Below are positions 62,101 through 64,000 of a DNA stretch of 64,000 bases, in pieces. How positions within the stretch are numbered: position 1 is the stretch's first letter; every line of letters begins with the position of its first letter. Under the pieces are notes generated by a model. The model worked only from the letters and a program-made list of their open reading frames with translations. It had not been told where the DNA came from and ran no database searches. The stretch is from a bacterium. GTDB lineage: Archaea > Nanobdellota > Nanobdellia > Pacearchaeales > GW2011-AR1. A program made the translations under genes and the position numbers. The stretch covers positions 116,397 to 180,396 of the forward strand of contig DAITPU010000001.1 in assembly GCA_036833455.1 (NCBI GenBank). Direction: 5' to 3'.

Positions 62101-64000
62101 CTCGAACATTTTGATTCAAAATAACTTTTGCTATTTTAGAAATTCCTATTTCTGTTAAAGGTTTTGCATCTCTCCATAAAAATTCACAAAGATAAATACT
62201 ATAAATTTCATCACAAACCCCTACCATTTGACCGCTCTCCACACTTGTTTCAAGACAACTTTGGTAGGAGTCTAAAACACTAATTAAATTATCCAAACCT
62301 GCATGAACTCCTGAAAGGCAAATAGGAAAAATAATTCCTTCCTTATAATTTGGAAAACACAAAACTAAACTACCTATGATTCCAGAGCCAATTACATTTT
62401 GAACAGGATAGGCACCCCCGAAATCGCACCTAGTATTAGGGCACATCACGGGATCACAAACATTAAATAGAATTTGGCAATCTTTTGGAGACATAAAATC
62501 CGTACAAGATATAAGCGGATCATTACTTTTAGGAGAACCTACATTTATATTTGAATTTAAAATTTTTACACTCCTTGCTCCAGATTTATAATTACTTTTA
62601 GCATCTTCTATTGCCTTTATTGCATTTGAAATTAATTCTTCCGAATCTTTTTTATCTAATCCAGGGAATTGATTATATGCTTGGCCAGTTCCAAGATTAA
62701 TCATTTGACAAATATCATCTGAAATGCTTAACCCAAATTCTTGTAATCCATTTTTTCCAACATTACAAACATAAAAACTATTAACAAAAGTAGAATCGCT
62801 GTAACTTGCTATCTCCCCAAAAACAGGAATTGTTTGTTTTATTGAAACATACCATCCCTTCTTTGTGTTGAAAGGAACTATTGCTGGAAGACCCTTATAA
62901 GGCTCAGTTTCATAATAAGTTACTCTTGGATCCAGATAAACATTATTATAACTAGTTGAATCATATTCTTTAAAAGTTAATCTTTCTATTTCTTCTAATC
63001 CTCCCGATACTTGTACTTTATCCAAATTATAAACTAAAGGTTTACCTATTTCATCTCGAAGTAAAGTGTAAATATCCCCTCCAAGATTTCTATTTAATAA
63101 AACCACGAAGGACTCCGAAGATTTTTGATTAACTACATAAGCAACAGGAGTATTTTCTGGAAACCCATTGAAATTTTTCCAATCTATGGAATAAAGAGTC
63201 AAACCCTTATAAGGAAGCTCTTTTAAATTTTCAGGAATAACATAATTCACTTGAAGAGAATTTATTTTAATCTTTTCTAATTGAGAATTTAATTGTTTTT
63301 TATTTTTTCCATTTATTTGTAATTCTTTCAAAAGAGAATACAAGCTTACATTATAACCTAAATTATCTGGATTTTTTTTAACTAAATTTGAATACAGCTC
63401 TATAGATCGTATTTTTTCTATATCAAAAATTCCATTTTCCCAAGCTTCAACATTGAGATACATTTTTACTTCAGAGAGATTTATACTTTCAGAAGAAACC
63501 TTTGGATTAATCATCGAAAAACCAAGATGGTCTAAACTATCTTTAACTTGTAAAGAATAAACTTCCACAAATTTTTTGTTATTTATTATTTTGTCTCCTA
63601 AAGGATTTTTTATATACATTCCATCTTGATTTCTTATTTCTCTTAATAAAATATTTTGATTATTTATTGCATCGGATATTTCTTTTACTTCTGCATCAAT
63701 ATCTTTTGAATTGTCTAAAAGACATTCTTCCACACTGGCATAATTCTTCTCATTTACCATCAAGCTACATTTCTTTATCCACCCTTCTTCTCCTCTAAGT
63801 ACCTCTTGCCTTGCCAAGGTATCTCCTTTAATTCCCCCCAAAATATTTTTGGCTGCTAAAAAACCTCCTGTAGCAAAACAGGCATATTTCATATTTTCCA
63901 CAACTTTTCCCAATCCGTCATTAATGTCTTTGATCTGGTTTATTAAACCCTCTGTTTTGTCTGCAACCTTTTTAGCTTTTTCTGGAGAAAGTTGAATTGC
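59168..64000 (-). CDS. giant (over 1,600 aa, truncated by the window) protein with a lytic transglycosylase (SLT) domain followed by a C-terminal NlpC/P60 peptidase-like domain
   Basis: SLT motif ALSNQESGCNVNAVSNRGAHGITQVMP. C-terminal WDCRGTAWSAAF...QEGDIICKC...SHCDIVVEI (Cys...GD...H triad). Reading frame stays open upstream of the track start (TTG at 63913) to position 64000. Confidence 0.6.
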   Translation of the reverse strand, partial: AIQLSPEKAKKVADKTEGLINQIKDINDGLGKVVENMKYACFATGGFLAAKNILGGIKGDTLARQEVLRGEEGWIKKCSLMVNEKNYASVEECLLDNSKDIDAEVKEISDAINNQNILLREIRNQDGMYIKNPLGDKIINNKKFVEVYSLQVKDSLDHLGFSMINPKVSSESINLSEVKMYLNVEAWENGIFDIEKIRSIELYSNLVKKNPDNLGYNVSLYSLLKELQINGKNKKQLNSQLEKIKINSLQVNYVIPENLKELPYKGLTLYSIDWKNFNGFPENTPVAYVVNQKSSESFVVLLNRNLGGDIYTLLRDEIGKPLVYNLDKVQVSGGLEEIERLTFKEYDSTSYNNVYLDPRVTYYETEPYKGLPAIVPFNTKKGWYVSIKQTIPVFGEIASYSDSTFVNSFYVCNVGKNGLQEFGLSISDDICQMINLGTGQAYNQFPGLDKKDSEELISNAIKAIEDAKSNYKSGARSVKILNSNINVGSPKSNDPLISCTDFMSPKDCQILFNVCDPVMCPNTRCDFGGAYPVQNVIGSGIIGSLVLCFPNYKEGIIFPICLSGVHAGLDNLISVLDSYQSCLETSVESGQMVGVCDEIYSIYLCEFLWRDAKPLTEIGISKIAKVILNQNVRGGGEYLTLQNAWKNTEDSINYFVNFYGVNSFNAFKARSTDQIGASVCKNFVSVVYPSSFGSLSTLVQPDSPSQFNARFEEIEYSSATVPPMSQYKVYYHIFAGNDQGAYYQVYLKGSEGSSYYQDTQFGIRNVGSGYIAAGKYASETIDFTAASGFKQLCVRINNLEKCGFKQVTSSFAANYLKDQYLLSQSTKEDIKTEKECISGSMSAYNLLNPNIQEGIDNVLNTEVYKNGLIRICSSQVPGNSLLSGRWMEVGYCGDPNIKCWVDTESIKQAAEFEITSDTALKNLTENFIEKLRKEGNYMEKFEFEEFVKEIMEGNLHPMERIKRIDGILSKVYYSNQRGYLYLLKGIAFGDLAKESFKLLDEPILVDPDKQEKEEELPEEEIDKILPIYSYSVLVFEDGLTTLKPNNIMYSFSQGEWFWRIWGENNWKNVSQYINPDLNKRNQDYLNKIKGKNYLEGLTLLIDRTIEDKEGKWLLGSLRPGNTYPDLVGVNNGVNMGHDGIFVIEDLPDIKKIYFRYGNIIRYEGERPNTSPDSGEWLWSYDEKSWKKSGTIEKKISGKKQIEMPKIIESLVLRLGNEKNFYLGSAMIFNYDQFEIEDSEITIPPEEGEEEILPEEEISLEEYDWSSVNSRCINYKDLFFKVSEKTGVPFSILVALSNQESGCNVNAVSNRGAHGITQVMPNVWCGKYGLVKNENDCKNQLLNNPELSIEVGARILLEKYNEYKFGVKASSTYLKGSSSFKKLVDECIKTYPKYAGYTEWRAALRGYNGWGCGSGSDTDYVEKVMNFAQEFVKKSSRGGSNKIATIALREYSKWEYGKLDECSELGKTYLKKYYDDALLSNWDCRGTAWSAAFISSIVKESNFNFPFDSAHARYFSTLRDNPSNYGCKTYRISEIDKIQEGDIICKCREEGCPTNYDSVRSGKSHCDIVVEIKSNSLSLIGGNLKDSVSQAEVEISEVKSDSDYFGFIHCG

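Noticed and set aside
55301-64000. Interpreting the lysin-containing region as a prophage or integrated element
   Set aside because: There is only a downstream tRNA-Leu; no integrase, capsid or terminase genes are in view. The core gene tfb sits in the middle, so there is insufficient evidence

Overview
AT-rich window (about 30% GC by eye) from an archaeon, probably a reduced-genome DPANN-type lineage. The archaeal assignment rests on aIF-1A, aIF-5A with its hypusine loop, TFB, TFE, an Sm-like protein, S8e/S17e/L40e, two FtsZ paralogs, GatD/GatE and BRE/TATA promoters. The window holds an rRNA operon (16S, tRNA-Ala with G3:U70, 23S; no 5S found), eight tRNAs, many translation genes (AsnRS, AspRS, ProRS, GlyRS, bacterial-type LeuRS, RNase Z, EndA, Taw1/Taw3, MnmA, deoxyhypusine synthase), c-di-AMP metabolism, and several secreted or membrane proteins. 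Candidate novel or unusual systems: (i) a tightly overlapping operon of two Ddl-family ATP-grasp ligases, a GNAT and a lysine 2,3-aminomutase, which would be a beta-lysine-derived metabolite pathway beyond the known ablA/ablB pair; (ii) a bacterial-type DisA diadenylate cyclase directly upstream of a DhhP-like DHH phosphodiesterase; (iii) a giant (>1,600 aa, runs off the window) protein with a lytic transglycosylase domain and an NlpC/P60 domain, next to a second secreted NlpC/P60-like protein, in an organism that should have no murein of its own; (iv) a minimal [FeFe]-hydrogenase H-domain-only protein with all four H-cluster cysteines but no proton-relay cysteine; (v) a hydrolase operon (acidic leader peptide, DHH, MBL, internally duplicated HExxH protein); (vi) small unannotated genes (L40e, a 28-aa poly-acidic peptide, a 23-aa poly-lysine peptide, an ORF inside the 16S-23S spacer). 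Every call is from reading the sequence and translations; no searches were run.
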